From positions 24,779-88,778 of the forward strand of contig JAEOTR010000048.1 in the NCBI GenBank assembly GCA_016839705.1: a stretch of DNA of 64,000 bases, in the 5' to 3' direction. The stretch's first letter is position 1, and each line of letters starts with the position of its first letter. Positions 29,529-40,531 of the stretch are shown piece after piece. This DNA comes from Promethearchaeota archaeon (lineage in GTDB: Archaea > Asgardarchaeota > Lokiarchaeia > Sigyniarchaeales > SOKP01). The position numbers and the translations under genes were made by a program. The notes below the pieces were generated by a model. That model did not search any database and had not been told where the DNA came from. It saw only the letters and a list, made by a program, of their open reading frames with translations.

Positions 29529-30794
29529 GTGAGTGAAGATTACAACATGACCAAGCAAAGTAAAAAATTCAAATATAAACCGCTTTCTCTAAAAGATATT
29601 ATTAGAGAAATGAAACAAAATATTGATTTAATGATTGATTTGGCATATAGCGCAATTAAATTCGGCAGCAAAGAATTAGCTGATGAAGCCTATAAAATGG
29701 AACAAAGAATTCATGAACTTACTTTTTTGTTGAATTTTCAAATAATTCAAGCACATCCAGGAGGACTAAAAGATGCTAAACAGTTGGAACCTGTAGTCGT
29801 AATGGGTTATTCTATTGATAGAATCTCTGATGCATTATCCGACATTGCAAGAACAGTTTATATCAATAGTGATATCTCATATTTTATTCAATTATTAACT
29901 GATATAAGTTATGTACCTGAACCTATAGTTAATATTGTTGTAAATAAAAACTGCGACCTTATAGATCAATCGAGGAAAGAGATACATTTCAGATCAAAAC
30001 ATGGAGTTGATTTAATAGCAATTAGAAGGAGAAATAACTGGCTTTTTGATAAAAATGAAAAAGTATTACTAAATGATATTTTAATTGTAAAAGGTGAAAT
30101 TCAACCTATCATTGATTTGAAAAGACAATGTAATGATCAAGATCCCTTCTCCTTTGATATTGGATTACAGAAAAAAGAACCGATGTTTGATCTTGACAAT
30201 CCTGATATCTGTGAAAAATTCGAAGAACTTCAGAAAAATTATGTTTTAATGACAGATATCTCAGAGACAATGATAGAATTAGCATTAGCAGCACTTTTCT
30301 TTAATAATGAAGAATTGGCAGAAGATATTTTAGAAATGGAAGAATTAATGGACGGACTAAACATAGCTTTTGAAAAAGATGTTCTAGATTTAGCGCAACT
30401 AGTTAAAATCCCTCGAAATCTTACAGGGATTATGAGGATTATTTTTTCCTGCGAATTAATCGCGGATGCAGCAGCTCATATAGCAGAAAACATAATTAGG
30501 GGATTTGAACCTCATAGTATTTTACAGCAAGCTATCCGAGAAACTGCGGAGGTTGTAGTAAGAGAAACTCTTTCTGAAGACTCATATTTTAAAGATAAAA
30601 CTTATAATGAATTACAAGATAGCCGATATAAACGAGGATTTCACATTATAGCCTTAAAAAGAGAAGATAAATGGATCTACAGTTTCAAACCAGAATTTGT
30701 ACTTGAGGAAGGAGATCTTTTAATCGGTTTAGGTCCCGAGGAAACTCTTTTAGAATGGAGAAGATGTGTCAATCCTGAGAAGTTTAAAGAATAA
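29529..30794 (+). CDS. tandem PhoU–TrkA-C (RCK_C) regulatory protein
   Basis: Two repeats of MIDLAYSA/MIELALAA (PhoU) plus LIAIRR/IIALKR...GDLLI (TrkA-C); this type usually accompanies archaeal MgtE pairs. Confidence 0.8.
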   Translation: MSEDYNMTKQSKKFKYKPLSLKDIIREMKQNIDLMIDLAYSAIKFGSKELADEAYKMEQRIHELTFLLNFQIIQAHPGGLKDAKQLEPVVVMGYSIDRISDALSDIARTVYINSDISYFIQLLTDISYVPEPIVNIVVNKNCDLIDQSRKEIHFRSKHGVDLIAIRRRNNWLFDKNEKVLLNDILIVKGEIQPIIDLKRQCNDQDPFSFDIGLQKKEPMFDLDNPDICEKFEELQKNYVLMTDISETMIELALAALFFNNEELAEDILEMEELMDGLNIAFEKDVLDLAQLVKIPRNLTGIMRIIFSCELIADAAAHIAENIIRGFEPHSILQQAIRETAEVVVRETLSEDSYFKDKTYNELQDSRYKRGFHIIALKREDKWIYSFKPEFVLEEGDLLIGLGPEETLLEWRRCVNPEKFKE

Positions 30795-30827
30795 GGCTTC
30801 TCTTGAATGTAATGAGTGATAGTATTT

Positions 30828-31223
30828 ATGAATGATTTAATAGAAGTAAGGTTTATTTCTCCTAAAAAGGGAAAGGGAGTTTTTGCTAAAGAAGAAATTA
30901 AGAAAGGAGCTATTATTGATGTAGCACACGTCATTCCTTTACCAAATAAAGATTGGAAGAAAATAAGTAAAACCATTTTGTATAACTATTGCTATATCTG
31001 GGAGGATCCTAAACATAAATCAGAATTTACTAATGCGATTTCATTAAGTATTAGTCAATTTATCAACCATTCCTATAATCCAAATATTAAATATATTTAT
31101 GATTATGATAATAACTGTATTGAATTTGAAGCATTACGTGATATTTTAGTGGGAGAAGAAATCCTTGTTAATTATAATGGGTTTGTTGATGATAAAAGTC
31201 CTGTCTGGTTTGATATAGAATGA
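30828..31223 (+). CDS. SET-domain protein-lysine methyltransferase (short prokaryotic type)
   Basis: KGKGVFA, FINHSYNPN, ALRDILVGEEILVNY. Confidence 0.9.
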   Translation: MNDLIEVRFISPKKGKGVFAKEEIKKGAIIDVAHVIPLPNKDWKKISKTILYNYCYIWEDPKHKSEFTNAISLSISQFINHSYNPNIKYIYDYDNNCIEFEALRDILVGEEILVNYNGFVDDKSPVWFDIE

Positions 31224-31227
31224 TATT

Positions 31228-32100
31228 TTAATTTTTCTTTCTTAAACTTTTTAGGGTTTTCAGATTCATTATATCTAGTTTATTATCATTTCCCTTAGGT
31301 GTTTCAAGTATACCTGGCATATTTTGAAATCTTTCGTCATTAATGAAGAAGCCAAAAGGTTCCTTCCCTATTTTCCCTTGACCAATATGGGTATGTCTAT
31401 CGACCCTAGAACCACAATCCTTATCGGTATCATTTAAATGAAAAGCAAATAGATATTTTAAACCGATTAGATCATCAAACTCATTCCACATATCCTCAAA
31501 TTTTTTCTTTGTTGTAAAATCATAACCCGCTGCAAAGGAATGGGCTGTGTCAAAACAAATTCCAATTCTATTCTTATTTTGTATTCTACCAATTAATGTT
31601 TTAAGATGATGGAATTTATTACCTAAACCTTTCCCTTGCCCTGCCGTGGTTTCAAGTAGTATAATTGCTTTTGAGGATTTAGTTGCATCCATTAATCGAT
31701 TCAATTGATCAGCAATTTGACTTAATGCTTCTTCCTTGGTGATTTCCTTCTTATTAATGATGGGAATAACTCCAAGGTGCATGTTCTCGTATTCTATATT
31801 TAATTGATCAACTTTGGTGAGTTCATCAATCATGGCATTATAGGATTTTTCCAACTTTTCTTTATCTAAGGTAGCCAAATTGACTAAATATGAATTATGA
31901 CTTATTACGGGCCAAATTTCATCCTTAAATGCTTCCTTTGTATTAATAAAATCCTCAACCTCTTTCTGTTTTAAAGGTCCCGACGACCAACCACGTACGT
32001 TTCTAACAAAAACTTGAAATGTTTCGCATCTTAATTCTCTCGCCCTCCCAAAAGCCTTATATTTACCTCCTGAAACACTCATATGTGCGCCAATTCTCAC
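31228..32100 (-). CDS. nfo: endonuclease IV (AP endonuclease)
   Basis: IGAHMS, HNSYLVNLA, LLETTAGQG, CFDTAH, HLND, DRHTHIGQG, ILETP. Confidence 0.93.
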   Translation of the reverse strand: MRIGAHMSVSGGKYKAFGRARELRCETFQVFVRNVRGWSSGPLKQKEVEDFINTKEAFKDEIWPVISHNSYLVNLATLDKEKLEKSYNAMIDELTKVDQLNIEYENMHLGVIPIINKKEITKEEALSQIADQLNRLMDATKSSKAIILLETTAGQGKGLGNKFHHLKTLIGRIQNKNRIGICFDTAHSFAAGYDFTTKKKFEDMWNEFDDLIGLKYLFAFHLNDTDKDCGSRVDRHTHIGQGKIGKEPFGFFINDERFQNMPGILETPKGNDNKLDIMNLKTLKSLRKKN

Positions 32101-32239
32101 TTTAATCTCCGAAGCAATTTTTATTTTTTTAGATCTTATATATATTATACTTTATTTTCTTTTGTATCAATTAATCATATTAAACAGTTTTAGTTTTAAC
32201 TATAGGATATATAAATGAGAAAAGAGTTATGTATGAAAT

Positions 32240-32764
32240 ATGAAAGACTTCTTAAATTATTGGAATGCATTATCTTTTGCATTTAATAAATACGGTAGTT
32301 TAAAACGAAAATCAAAAGATATTCCTTATATCATCCATCCAATTCGAATTATCACGATGTTACGTGCAGTGGGATTCAATGAATTTGACCATGAAGATCT
32401 AATGATTGCTGCCTTGTTTCATGATCTTCTTGAGGATACTGATACAGATTTAAAAGAAATTGAAGACAATTTTGGGAAAAAGGTTGGGGAAATTATTGTT
32501 GAACTCACAAAACCTGAAGGTGCAAAAGATCGCAAAAAAGATAATTGGATAAAAAATTTCGTAAATAAATCAATAGAAGCAAAAACCATCAAACTTGCTG
32601 ATAGGATTGACAATCTTATGGATATGAGAGATATTTGGGATGTAGAAAAACAGAGATCTTACATCGATCAAGCAAGAATTATACTAAAATCTTGTGGGGA
32701 TGCTAATGAACAATTAGCGCATAAATTAACTGAATTTATCAATGAAATATTAAGTAAATTGTAA
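32240..32764 (+). CDS. HD-domain protein, Mesh1/SpoT-hydrolase-like
   Basis: RKSKDIPYIIHP, AALFHDLLEDT, KLADRIDNL. Confidence 0.85.
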   Translation: MKDFLNYWNALSFAFNKYGSLKRKSKDIPYIIHPIRIITMLRAVGFNEFDHEDLMIAALFHDLLEDTDTDLKEIEDNFGKKVGEIIVELTKPEGAKDRKKDNWIKNFVNKSIEAKTIKLADRIDNLMDMRDIWDVEKQRSYIDQARIILKSCGDANEQLAHKLTEFINEILSKL

Positions 32765-32769
32765 AATAT

Positions 32770-34485
32770 TTACTCTAACTTATTCCAGAACTGGCTTAAT
32801 TCTTCTTTTGTAAATGTAAATTTCAAACCTGTAGGTATGGAGGGTTCGGTTCTTAAGAATTCTGGTATATAATTTATTTCATGTGGTATTCCTGCTTTTT
32901 CATTAAATTCTAATTCAGTCTTTATAATTCTCTTCCCAATGTTAATCACATCTTCTCTGGTTAATTTTAAATTATACATTGCGTTTAATGCTCCTTTCAC
33001 AATTTCCATATTCTCAAAACTCGGTCCTATGAAATAACAGCAGCCTAAAGAATCTAAAATAACTGTGTAAAGCTGCAATTCATATGATAAGTCTAGTTTT
33101 CCTTTATTCTCTGTGAGTTCACCATAATCTTTTGTTTGGCTTGCAACTCTCCCAGCGATAGCAGCACCTGCAGTGTGATCTGCGCCCATAGGAGTTGTAG
33201 CATATGTTATACTCATAGCTTTAAAGACTCTTGGGTCATATCCGGAAATTCCTTGCCCTTTTACATGAGGAATTCTTTTGACATTGAGATCTTCTCCTAA
33301 GTGACATACACCATTTCCATATTGCTTTCCTAGTTCAGATCCCTGTTTTATTTCTCCTAATGTTTCAAAAACTCTTTTCGCATCACCCCAGGGAACCTCA
33401 CCAGCATCCATCGCAACTCCCATAGTAACCCCCAATTCTATTGTATCAATACCTATATCATCGCATAAATGATCAATTTTTGCTATATCATCCAGATTAT
33501 TAATGAGGAGGTTAGAACCATTAGCAAAAATTGTTTCATATTCAAGACTAGACGTTAAATGAACCCCATCCTCATCAACAAATATATTAGAACATTTAAT
33601 AACACAGGTAGGACTACATGGAACGCGTTTTTTCCCACCTCTAGCAGATACAAGCTCATGAAGTCTCTCTCCGGATATATCAATAGCATCATCAAAGGAA
33701 CCCCTCTTAAAATTTTTGGTTGGCAAACCCCCATAAGCACTCATCCCCCTAACCATATTTGGAGTACCATAGATTGAAAAATTCTTCTTGGATTCTGCCA
33801 GTTCTTTGGCAAATGGTTTTGAGACTTCTCGAAATTTTTTTAAATCAAATATTCGGACTTCTGAATTTCTCCTAGGGAAAATAATGATTGCTTTAATCCT
33901 CTTTGATCCCATAACCGCACCTAGGCCCCCTCGAGCTGCATGACGACTTGGGTACCCTTCTAAATCGTTCACGGCAACACTGGCAGTCTTCATTAGATGC
34001 TCTCCAGCAGGACCAATTGAATAAATTCCTATCCTATTTCCGTATTTTCTATATAACTCCTCATGAAGCTTGTAGTTGCCTAATTTTTCATACTCTTCAG
34101 CAGAATCAAATTTAATACCATCTTCATCAACAAATATCAATTTTATTGCTGATGATTTCCCTTCTAACACCAATGCTCTTATCCCATAAGAAGCCAGCAT
34201 TATAGAAGCTCTACCACCTACGTTTGCTTCCTTTATTCCATTAGTTAACGGACTTTTTGCCCCAACTGAAGTACGACCAGAACAAGGAAAAGGACTCCCT
34301 GTTAGTAAACCATTAGCAAAAATTAATTTGTTTTTTTCACCCAAGGGATCACATAATGGGGGAACTTCATCAGCAATAATTTTAGAGGATAAACCTCGCC
34401 CACCTAATAAAAAATATTTTGAATCTTCTGAAATTTCTTCATAGATTGTTTCTTCTGTCTGTACATTAACTCGTGCGATTTTCAT
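32770..34485 (-). CDS. tungsten-containing aldehyde:ferredoxin oxidoreductase family protein
   Basis: AKSPLTNGIKEANVGG, IGPAGE, ARGGLGAVMGSK, C-x3-C-x3-C, EYET, DDIGIDTI, YDPR, GADHT. Confidence 0.92.
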   Translation of the reverse strand: MKIARVNVQTEETIYEEISEDSKYFLLGGRGLSSKIIADEVPPLCDPLGEKNKLIFANGLLTGSPFPCSGRTSVGAKSPLTNGIKEANVGGRASIMLASYGIRALVLEGKSSAIKLIFVDEDGIKFDSAEEYEKLGNYKLHEELYRKYGNRIGIYSIGPAGEHLMKTASVAVNDLEGYPSRHAARGGLGAVMGSKRIKAIIIFPRRNSEVRIFDLKKFREVSKPFAKELAESKKNFSIYGTPNMVRGMSAYGGLPTKNFKRGSFDDAIDISGERLHELVSARGGKKRVPCSPTCVIKCSNIFVDEDGVHLTSSLEYETIFANGSNLLINNLDDIAKIDHLCDDIGIDTIELGVTMGVAMDAGEVPWGDAKRVFETLGEIKQGSELGKQYGNGVCHLGEDLNVKRIPHVKGQGISGYDPRVFKAMSITYATTPMGADHTAGAAIAGRVASQTKDYGELTENKGKLDLSYELQLYTVILDSLGCCYFIGPSFENMEIVKGALNAMYNLKLTREDVINIGKRIIKTELEFNEKAGIPHEINYIPEFLRTEPSIPTGLKFTFTKEELSQFWNKLE

Positions 34486-34760
34486 GAAAATCCCTTTTAG
34501 AGAATTGATTAATTAAAAATTATTTAGAAACCTTAAAACCATTAATGAAATTATTTTACTATCATTTAATTTTGTATAGTACTGTAAAAACAAATTAATA
34601 AAATTATATTTATTCTCTGAAAATCATTATACCCAAGACATAGATTTAAATATACAACTAGACCATATATTCATATCACATCTTTTTATTAAAATCATAA
34701 TAATGTGTAATTTTTCTAAGTTGCCCTATTCTTTTGTAATTTAATATTTTGTGAACAAAT

Positions 34761-35678
34761 ATGAATCGAAACTTTGTAAGAAGTAATAACAAGAGTGAAA
34801 CAGATTTTTCTCAATCTCATTGTTGCGACAATCCCTTCATTGAATCTCGAGATGGTAATGAAATTTGTATAAATTGTGGTTTAATCTTTGAAAGGACATT
34901 CGTGGGAAATGAACGGCGCGCATATACTGTAGAGGAGATACAGACGCGCCGAAGGACTGAGCCGCGATGGAGAGATTTCGGCCCCCGAACAATGTTGCCA
35001 AACACTAAGACAGATAGCAAAGGGAAGAGTATCGGAGCTAAAGAACAAGCATTATTCTCGCGATTATCCAAAATTCAGAACTCATTAATTTCAAGTATTG
35101 AACGTAATTTCTGGGAAGCAAAGCCGAAATTAAAGATGTTAACGAGTAAATTAAATGTACCCGAATACATCTCAGAAACCGCATGGAAAATATATAGTAT
35201 TGTAGCAAAGAAAAAATTAACGATGGGGCGTTCAATTAACGGATTCATCGCAGGATCCTTATATGCAGCGATTCGCGTTCATGATTTTCCTCGTTTACTG
35301 GATGAAGTATGTGAAGCTTCTTTAACCCCAAGAAGAACCGTTCATAGAAGTCTAGCAATGATAATTAGGGAAGTATTACCTGAACTAAAACTTCGATATC
35401 AGCCAATTACTGCTGAATGTTTAGTATTTAGATTTGGTAATGAATTAAACTTACCAATTCAGATACAAAAAATTGCTATTAATATGCTAAAAGATGCTTC
35501 AAAAAATGGCTTACAGAGAACTGGAAAAGATCCTAAAGGATTAGCAGCTGCTTGTATTTACATTGCAGCAAAAAATGGATCGATTAGAAAAACTCAATCC
35601 AAGGTCGCTGACATTGCTAAGATCACAGAAGTAACTCTCCGAAGTCGTGCTAAGCAGATTAAGAATAAGCTTAGATAG
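34761..35678 (+). CDS. tfb: transcription initiation factor IIB
   Basis: Zn ribbon (CCD...CINCG), ERRAY, two cyclin repeats, GKDPKGLAAA, ITEVTLRSR. Confidence 0.92.
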   Translation: MNRNFVRSNNKSETDFSQSHCCDNPFIESRDGNEICINCGLIFERTFVGNERRAYTVEEIQTRRRTEPRWRDFGPRTMLPNTKTDSKGKSIGAKEQALFSRLSKIQNSLISSIERNFWEAKPKLKMLTSKLNVPEYISETAWKIYSIVAKKKLTMGRSINGFIAGSLYAAIRVHDFPRLLDEVCEASLTPRRTVHRSLAMIIREVLPELKLRYQPITAECLVFRFGNELNLPIQIQKIAINMLKDASKNGLQRTGKDPKGLAAACIYIAAKNGSIRKTQSKVADIAKITEVTLRSRAKQIKNKLR

Positions 35679-35807
35679 AGAAATGCATTAATCTGGGTTA
35701 AATATTTAAATCTTTTTTATTTTTCTATGTTCCCCCAAAATAGATAACCCATTAAATTTAGAGCAAATTATTAGGTTCTTTTTAAGTTAACTTCCCACTT
35801 AGTTTCT

Positions 35808-36392
35808 TTATTCTTTTTTAGTTTCTAATTCTTCAATATCTAGCGTCCATTTAACGCCAAAAGCAGTAATTATTAGTGAAATAATCATTAAAAAACAATT
35901 CACAGCAATAAAGTATGTCCAAAATATCGCAGGCATGAGAGGTGTTATATCTGAACGATATAACGCAGTTTGGAATGCTACTGATCCACTACCTGTTGAC
36001 AAAGGTGTTTTTCCTAATAGAACAAGATAATTCATTTTTATAAACGCTCCTAAAAGTATTACCATTCCAATAACAATCATTAATTTAGCTAGTGATTTAC
36101 TTTCAATCTTGTTAGTTTTAGCTGTCTTGAATATAAAGAATCCTAAAATTAAGAATAAGATCATAGAAATGATAAAAAAGAGCCATAAGACGGTTCCTGT
36201 TAATGAAATATAACTTGATCCATACATAAATTCTGATAACAGAATTAGACTACCATTAAGATTAAATTCAGTAAAATTTAATGTAATAAAAAAAGCAATT
36301 TCTATAATAGAAAGACACATAAAGATAAGGCCATTAATTTTAAGAAATTTTGTTAATTTTTTATGGTCCATATTTATCAACACAAGTAGCAA
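35808..36392 (-). CDS. four-TM membrane protein, unknown function
   Basis: Four hydrophobic segments; likely start at the MDHKK ATG (36371). Confidence 0.65.
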   Translation of the reverse strand: MLLVLINMDHKKLTKFLKINGLIFMCLSIIEIAFFITLNFTEFNLNGSLILLSEFMYGSSYISLTGTVLWLFFIISMILFLILGFFIFKTAKTNKIESKSLAKLMIVIGMVILLGAFIKMNYLVLLGKTPLSTGSGSVAFQTALYRSDITPLMPAIFWTYFIAVNCFLMIISLIITAFGVKWTLDIEELETKKE

Positions 36393-36493
36393 GAAAAATT
36401 TTTTATTCTATTATATTTTTACTTATTATTGTTTTTGAAATTTTTAACAATTTTTAATATTATTGTTTTTTTCTGCAAGTCTAATTTATTCAT

Positions 36494-37522
36494 TTGAACA
36501 AGATCGTTGATTTTTTGAAAGAAAAAAGAAACAATACAAAGGAGCAGTCGTTATGTCTTCATAAAAATATGAAGAAAGTTAAGGGACATTATCACTGTCA
36601 AGATTGTGGGAAACGATTATCTCTTAAAGAATATTACAAATTAAAAAAAACAAAAGAATCCCTTCCTGAACAAAACCTTACATTTGAAGAACCTACTAGT
36701 GATTTCTATTCAGAGTCCCAGATTGATTATGAAAGAAAGATAAAAATGAGTGATTCAAAAGCTTTACAAGACCCGGTAATTAAGGAAAAGTATGAGCGTC
36801 TGAAAACATTAGAAAAATGGTTTCGGGATTATGAAACTGATTTCACAGAACAAAAAAAAACGATCGAACTTCTAAAAAACCATGGAATAGGATTAACTAT
36901 TGATAATGTAAAATATCGAGAAATTCGAGATCTTTACCTACGCTATAATAAATATCATCGTCATAGCTACCAAAATATGGTCATTATTTTTCTCGCAATA
37001 ATATGGATGGAAATAAAGGACACCACCAATATTCGGATTGATGAATTCATTAAAGTGTCGAAAGAATTAGGTCATAAAATTAATAAGAAAATGATTACAA
37101 ATGCAATGTTAAAAGTGAAGAGAACTGAAAATTTGATACAACAGAAAAAAAGCATTCCTGAATTAGAAAAAGAAATCAAAGAAAAAATAAAATTGGTCTT
37201 TCAAAAAGACATAAATACCATTCCGTTTGAGGAAGTCAAAGAATTCTTCCAGAGCACTTCTGAATTTGAAAAGATGAAAATTACTATGCAGTTAAACGCA
37301 GATAAGATACTACAACAGATTACCTATGAAGCAATCCATAGCTTAAATTATAAAGCCTTTGTGGCAGGTTTAATTTATTATATTGGTCAAATGTTTGAAA
37401 ACCGCAAGATTTTTACGCAGAATTTAATCGAAAAATACACCAAATTCTCAAGCACAACAATAAGAAAAAAATTTCACACCCTTATAGATCTCTTAGGGGA
37501 ACCTCAAAAATTTCAACTCTAA
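36494..37522 (+). CDS. divergent TFIIB/cyclin-fold protein with N-terminal Zn ribbon
   Basis: CLH...HCQDCG; C-terminal AFVAGLIYY...FTQNLIEKYTKFSSTTIRKKF resembles the TFB second-cyclin HTH. Confidence 0.6.
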   Translation: MNKIVDFLKEKRNNTKEQSLCLHKNMKKVKGHYHCQDCGKRLSLKEYYKLKKTKESLPEQNLTFEEPTSDFYSESQIDYERKIKMSDSKALQDPVIKEKYERLKTLEKWFRDYETDFTEQKKTIELLKNHGIGLTIDNVKYREIRDLYLRYNKYHRHSYQNMVIIFLAIIWMEIKDTTNIRIDEFIKVSKELGHKINKKMITNAMLKVKRTENLIQQKKSIPELEKEIKEKIKLVFQKDINTIPFEEVKEFFQSTSEFEKMKITMQLNADKILQQITYEAIHSLNYKAFVAGLIYYIGQMFENRKIFTQNLIEKYTKFSSTTIRKKFHTLIDLLGEPQKFQL

Positions 37523-37627
37523 TTTTTTTAAAATAATAATTTTAAATGAATTCCATACCATTAAAAACCTTTAAATCTATACTATTTATTATTCTAACTA
37601 TATTTACCAGAACTAGTACCAATCAAT

Positions 37628-40483
37628 ATGTCAGAGGTAAAAACATCTAAAGGGACTTATTATCATCAACCCCTCAATGAATTACTGAGAGAATTTAAGA
37701 CTGATTTTGATCGTGGATTAAAATCGTCTGAGTTAGAGGATAGATATCTAAACTATGGTCATAATGAATTGCCAAAGATCAAGAAATCTATATGGAAAAT
37801 ATATTTTGCCCCAATTTTTAATTTCCTAATCTTAATTCTCCTTGTAACAGGAATAATCGTAGTTATCTTAGGTTCGCCCGGAGAAACCGTCATAACTTTT
37901 ACTGTTGTGTTTATAAATTCTGCAACCGTGATCATCCAGCAGTATAGAGCCCAAAAGGCGCTTGAATCTTTACGACAAATCTCCGCTTTGAAAGCGACAG
38001 TTCTGAGAGATGGAAAACAATTTGAAATACCGAACAGGGAATTAGTTCCAGGAGATATTGTAATCTTAAATCAAGGAGACAAGATTCCCGCAGATGGGAG
38101 AATTGTCGACCAAGTCAATTTAACAATAGATGAAGCTCCTTTAACTGGAGAAAGTGAACCTGTAGAAAAGAATAACAATATCCTCAGTAAAGATGATGTA
38201 TCCATCCAAAAACAGTCAAATATGATGTTTATGGGTACATATGTGCATACTGGAAGGGCAAAAGCTTTAATAACTGGTACTGCCGCAAATACTGAAATAG
38301 GAAAAATCTCTGTTACTTTGAATGAGATGGGAAGTATTGAAGAGATTCCCCTAACCCGAAAATTAAATAGATTAGGACATATTTTGGGAATAATAGTAAT
38401 AATCAATTTATTTGTATTAATAACTTATAAATTCATTCTCTTAGCTGACAATAATAATTTAATTCAATCAGAAATTACACACGCTTTAGTAAGTTCTATT
38501 ATTAGGGCAACAAATGTACTTCCAATAAATTTGCCTCTATTAAGCACTCTTGTTCTCATAACAGGCGTTTTAAGTATGGCTCAACACGGAGTAATTATTA
38601 AAAATTTATCCGCAATTGAATCACTGGGACGCGTATCCGTAATCTGTTCGGATAAAACTGGTACAATTACCAAAAACGAGATGACCGTTGAAAAGTTTTG
38701 GATAGGTGAGAAAGAGTATGATGTTAGTGGCTCCGGGTATGATGCAGAAGGTGAGATATTATTCAATGGGCAAAAATTTAATCTTAACGATAATTCTACA
38801 TTCCAAAAATTCATCGATTCAATTGTTTTGAATAATAATGCACAACTTATTTTTGAAGATGTAAAAATTCGGGTAGCTGAACGAAAAGAAATGGCAGTAA
38901 GACGTGCTTTAGGATCTCCTACCGAAGCAGCATTGCTAGTTTTAGCAGAAAAGGCAGGATATATCCCATATGATGTGAAAAAAAAGTATACTCTTTTGAC
39001 TGAATTTTCTTTTAGCTCCGAATTAAAACGTATGAGTTCGATCTATGAATTAAAGGAGAATAATAAACAGAAATTTGTATTCTCTAAAGGAGCTCCTGAA
39101 AAAATTCTAACAATCTGCTCCCAGATTGAAATAGATGGAAGTATTGAAAATCTAGATAATAACCATAAAGAAAAAGTTTTAGAAAAAATAAGAGATCGAG
39201 CAAATCAAGGTTTTAGAACATTAGCAATAGCGTATAAAATGTTAGGTGATACTAATCAATCAAAGCGCGAAAATATCGAAAAAAACCTAATATTATTAGG
39301 ATATGTTTCAATTATGGACCCACCCCGTAGTGGTGTTAAGCAATCGGTGGAAGAATGCAAATCGGGTGGTATCCAGGTAATTATGATTACAGGGGATCAT
39401 CCTGCTACAGCAAAAACTATTGCTGCGCAGATGGGTATTTATAATGAAGGAGAAATAGTGGCAGAGGGAAAACAAATCAAGGATTTTAACGACCAAGAAT
39501 TCAAAAAAATATCTGTATTTGCGCGTGTAGAGCCCTCTGACAAGGAAATCATTGTAAATCATTATCAAGATAAAAATCATGTGGTAGCAATGACGGGAGA
39601 TGGAATAAATGATTCACTTGCTTTAAAATTAGCAAACGCGGGTATCGCTATGGGAATAACTGGAACTGATGTTGCCAAAGAAACAGCAGACATGGTCATT
39701 TCAGATGATAATTTCACATCAATTGAAAAGGGTGTTAAAATCGGTCGGGGTCTCTTTTCTAAAATTAGAGTAATAATCTATTTTTTTATCTGTTTAAATA
39801 TCATGGAAGCAATTATATTCTTTACTTATGAATTTATTCCTACATTTGAGCTTTTTAGCTCTGAATGGCAACATATTTATATATTTGGAATTGTTCATTC
39901 GCTTCCTTCATTAGCGTTAGTTATAGACTCACATCCTAAAGATATTATGCTTGAACCACCCAGAGATGAGGAAGAAATCTTAAACAAAAAGATATGGGTA
40001 ATGTTATTAGCACAAGCGTTTTTGATGGGTATAGGGTTAGTCTTGGCGTTACAACTAACTTTAGGGGGTGTTAATCCATTAAATGAATGGAATCTAAACC
40101 CAAATATTAGTTATATAGTACCTGGACAAGAATTAGCTCAAAAAGCAAGAACCATGTTTATTACTACATTATTTATTGTTGAAACCAATTTCATTTGGAG
40201 TTTTAGACGACCAAACAAATCTATGTACAAAAGTATAAAGGAAGAATTTAATATTTCCTTATTTACGATTTGTTTTCTTACATTAGGATTGCATATTCTC
40301 TATATTTTATTTTCATATAGCGTTAATTATTATGTGAACATTGTTTTTGGGTTAGATTTACAGATAAACTTCATGTTCCTTAGTGGATTAGACTGGTTAA
40401 TTTGTATTTCGCTTGCATTACCAGGGATAATAGGTATAGAAATATTAAAATATTTCGCACGTAAAAGAAAAATCTACTTTTGA
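37628..40483 (+). CDS. P-type ATPase (P2-like scaffold, atypical ion-binding motifs)
   Basis: TGES, CSDKTGT, KGAPE, MITGDH, MTGDGIND; M4 reads LPINLP. Confidence 0.92.
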   Translation: MSEVKTSKGTYYHQPLNELLREFKTDFDRGLKSSELEDRYLNYGHNELPKIKKSIWKIYFAPIFNFLILILLVTGIIVVILGSPGETVITFTVVFINSATVIIQQYRAQKALESLRQISALKATVLRDGKQFEIPNRELVPGDIVILNQGDKIPADGRIVDQVNLTIDEAPLTGESEPVEKNNNILSKDDVSIQKQSNMMFMGTYVHTGRAKALITGTAANTEIGKISVTLNEMGSIEEIPLTRKLNRLGHILGIIVIINLFVLITYKFILLADNNNLIQSEITHALVSSIIRATNVLPINLPLLSTLVLITGVLSMAQHGVIIKNLSAIESLGRVSVICSDKTGTITKNEMTVEKFWIGEKEYDVSGSGYDAEGEILFNGQKFNLNDNSTFQKFIDSIVLNNNAQLIFEDVKIRVAERKEMAVRRALGSPTEAALLVLAEKAGYIPYDVKKKYTLLTEFSFSSELKRMSSIYELKENNKQKFVFSKGAPEKILTICSQIEIDGSIENLDNNHKEKVLEKIRDRANQGFRTLAIAYKMLGDTNQSKRENIEKNLILLGYVSIMDPPRSGVKQSVEECKSGGIQVIMITGDHPATAKTIAAQMGIYNEGEIVAEGKQIKDFNDQEFKKISVFARVEPSDKEIIVNHYQDKNHVVAMTGDGINDSLALKLANAGIAMGITGTDVAKETADMVISDDNFTSIEKGVKIGRGLFSKIRVIIYFFICLNIMEAIIFFTYEFIPTFELFSSEWQHIYIFGIVHSLPSLALVIDSHPKDIMLEPPRDEEEILNKKIWVMLLAQAFLMGIGLVLALQLTLGGVNPLNEWNLNPNISYIVPGQELAQKARTMFITTLFIVETNFIWSFRRPNKSMYKSIKEEFNISLFTICFLTLGLHILYILFSYSVNYYVNIVFGLDLQINFMFLSGLDWLICISLALPGIIGIEILKYFARKRKIYF

Positions 40484-40531
40484 GTTTTTATAGTTAATTT
40501 TAAATAATTTGAGCCTTCTTTAAGGTATATC

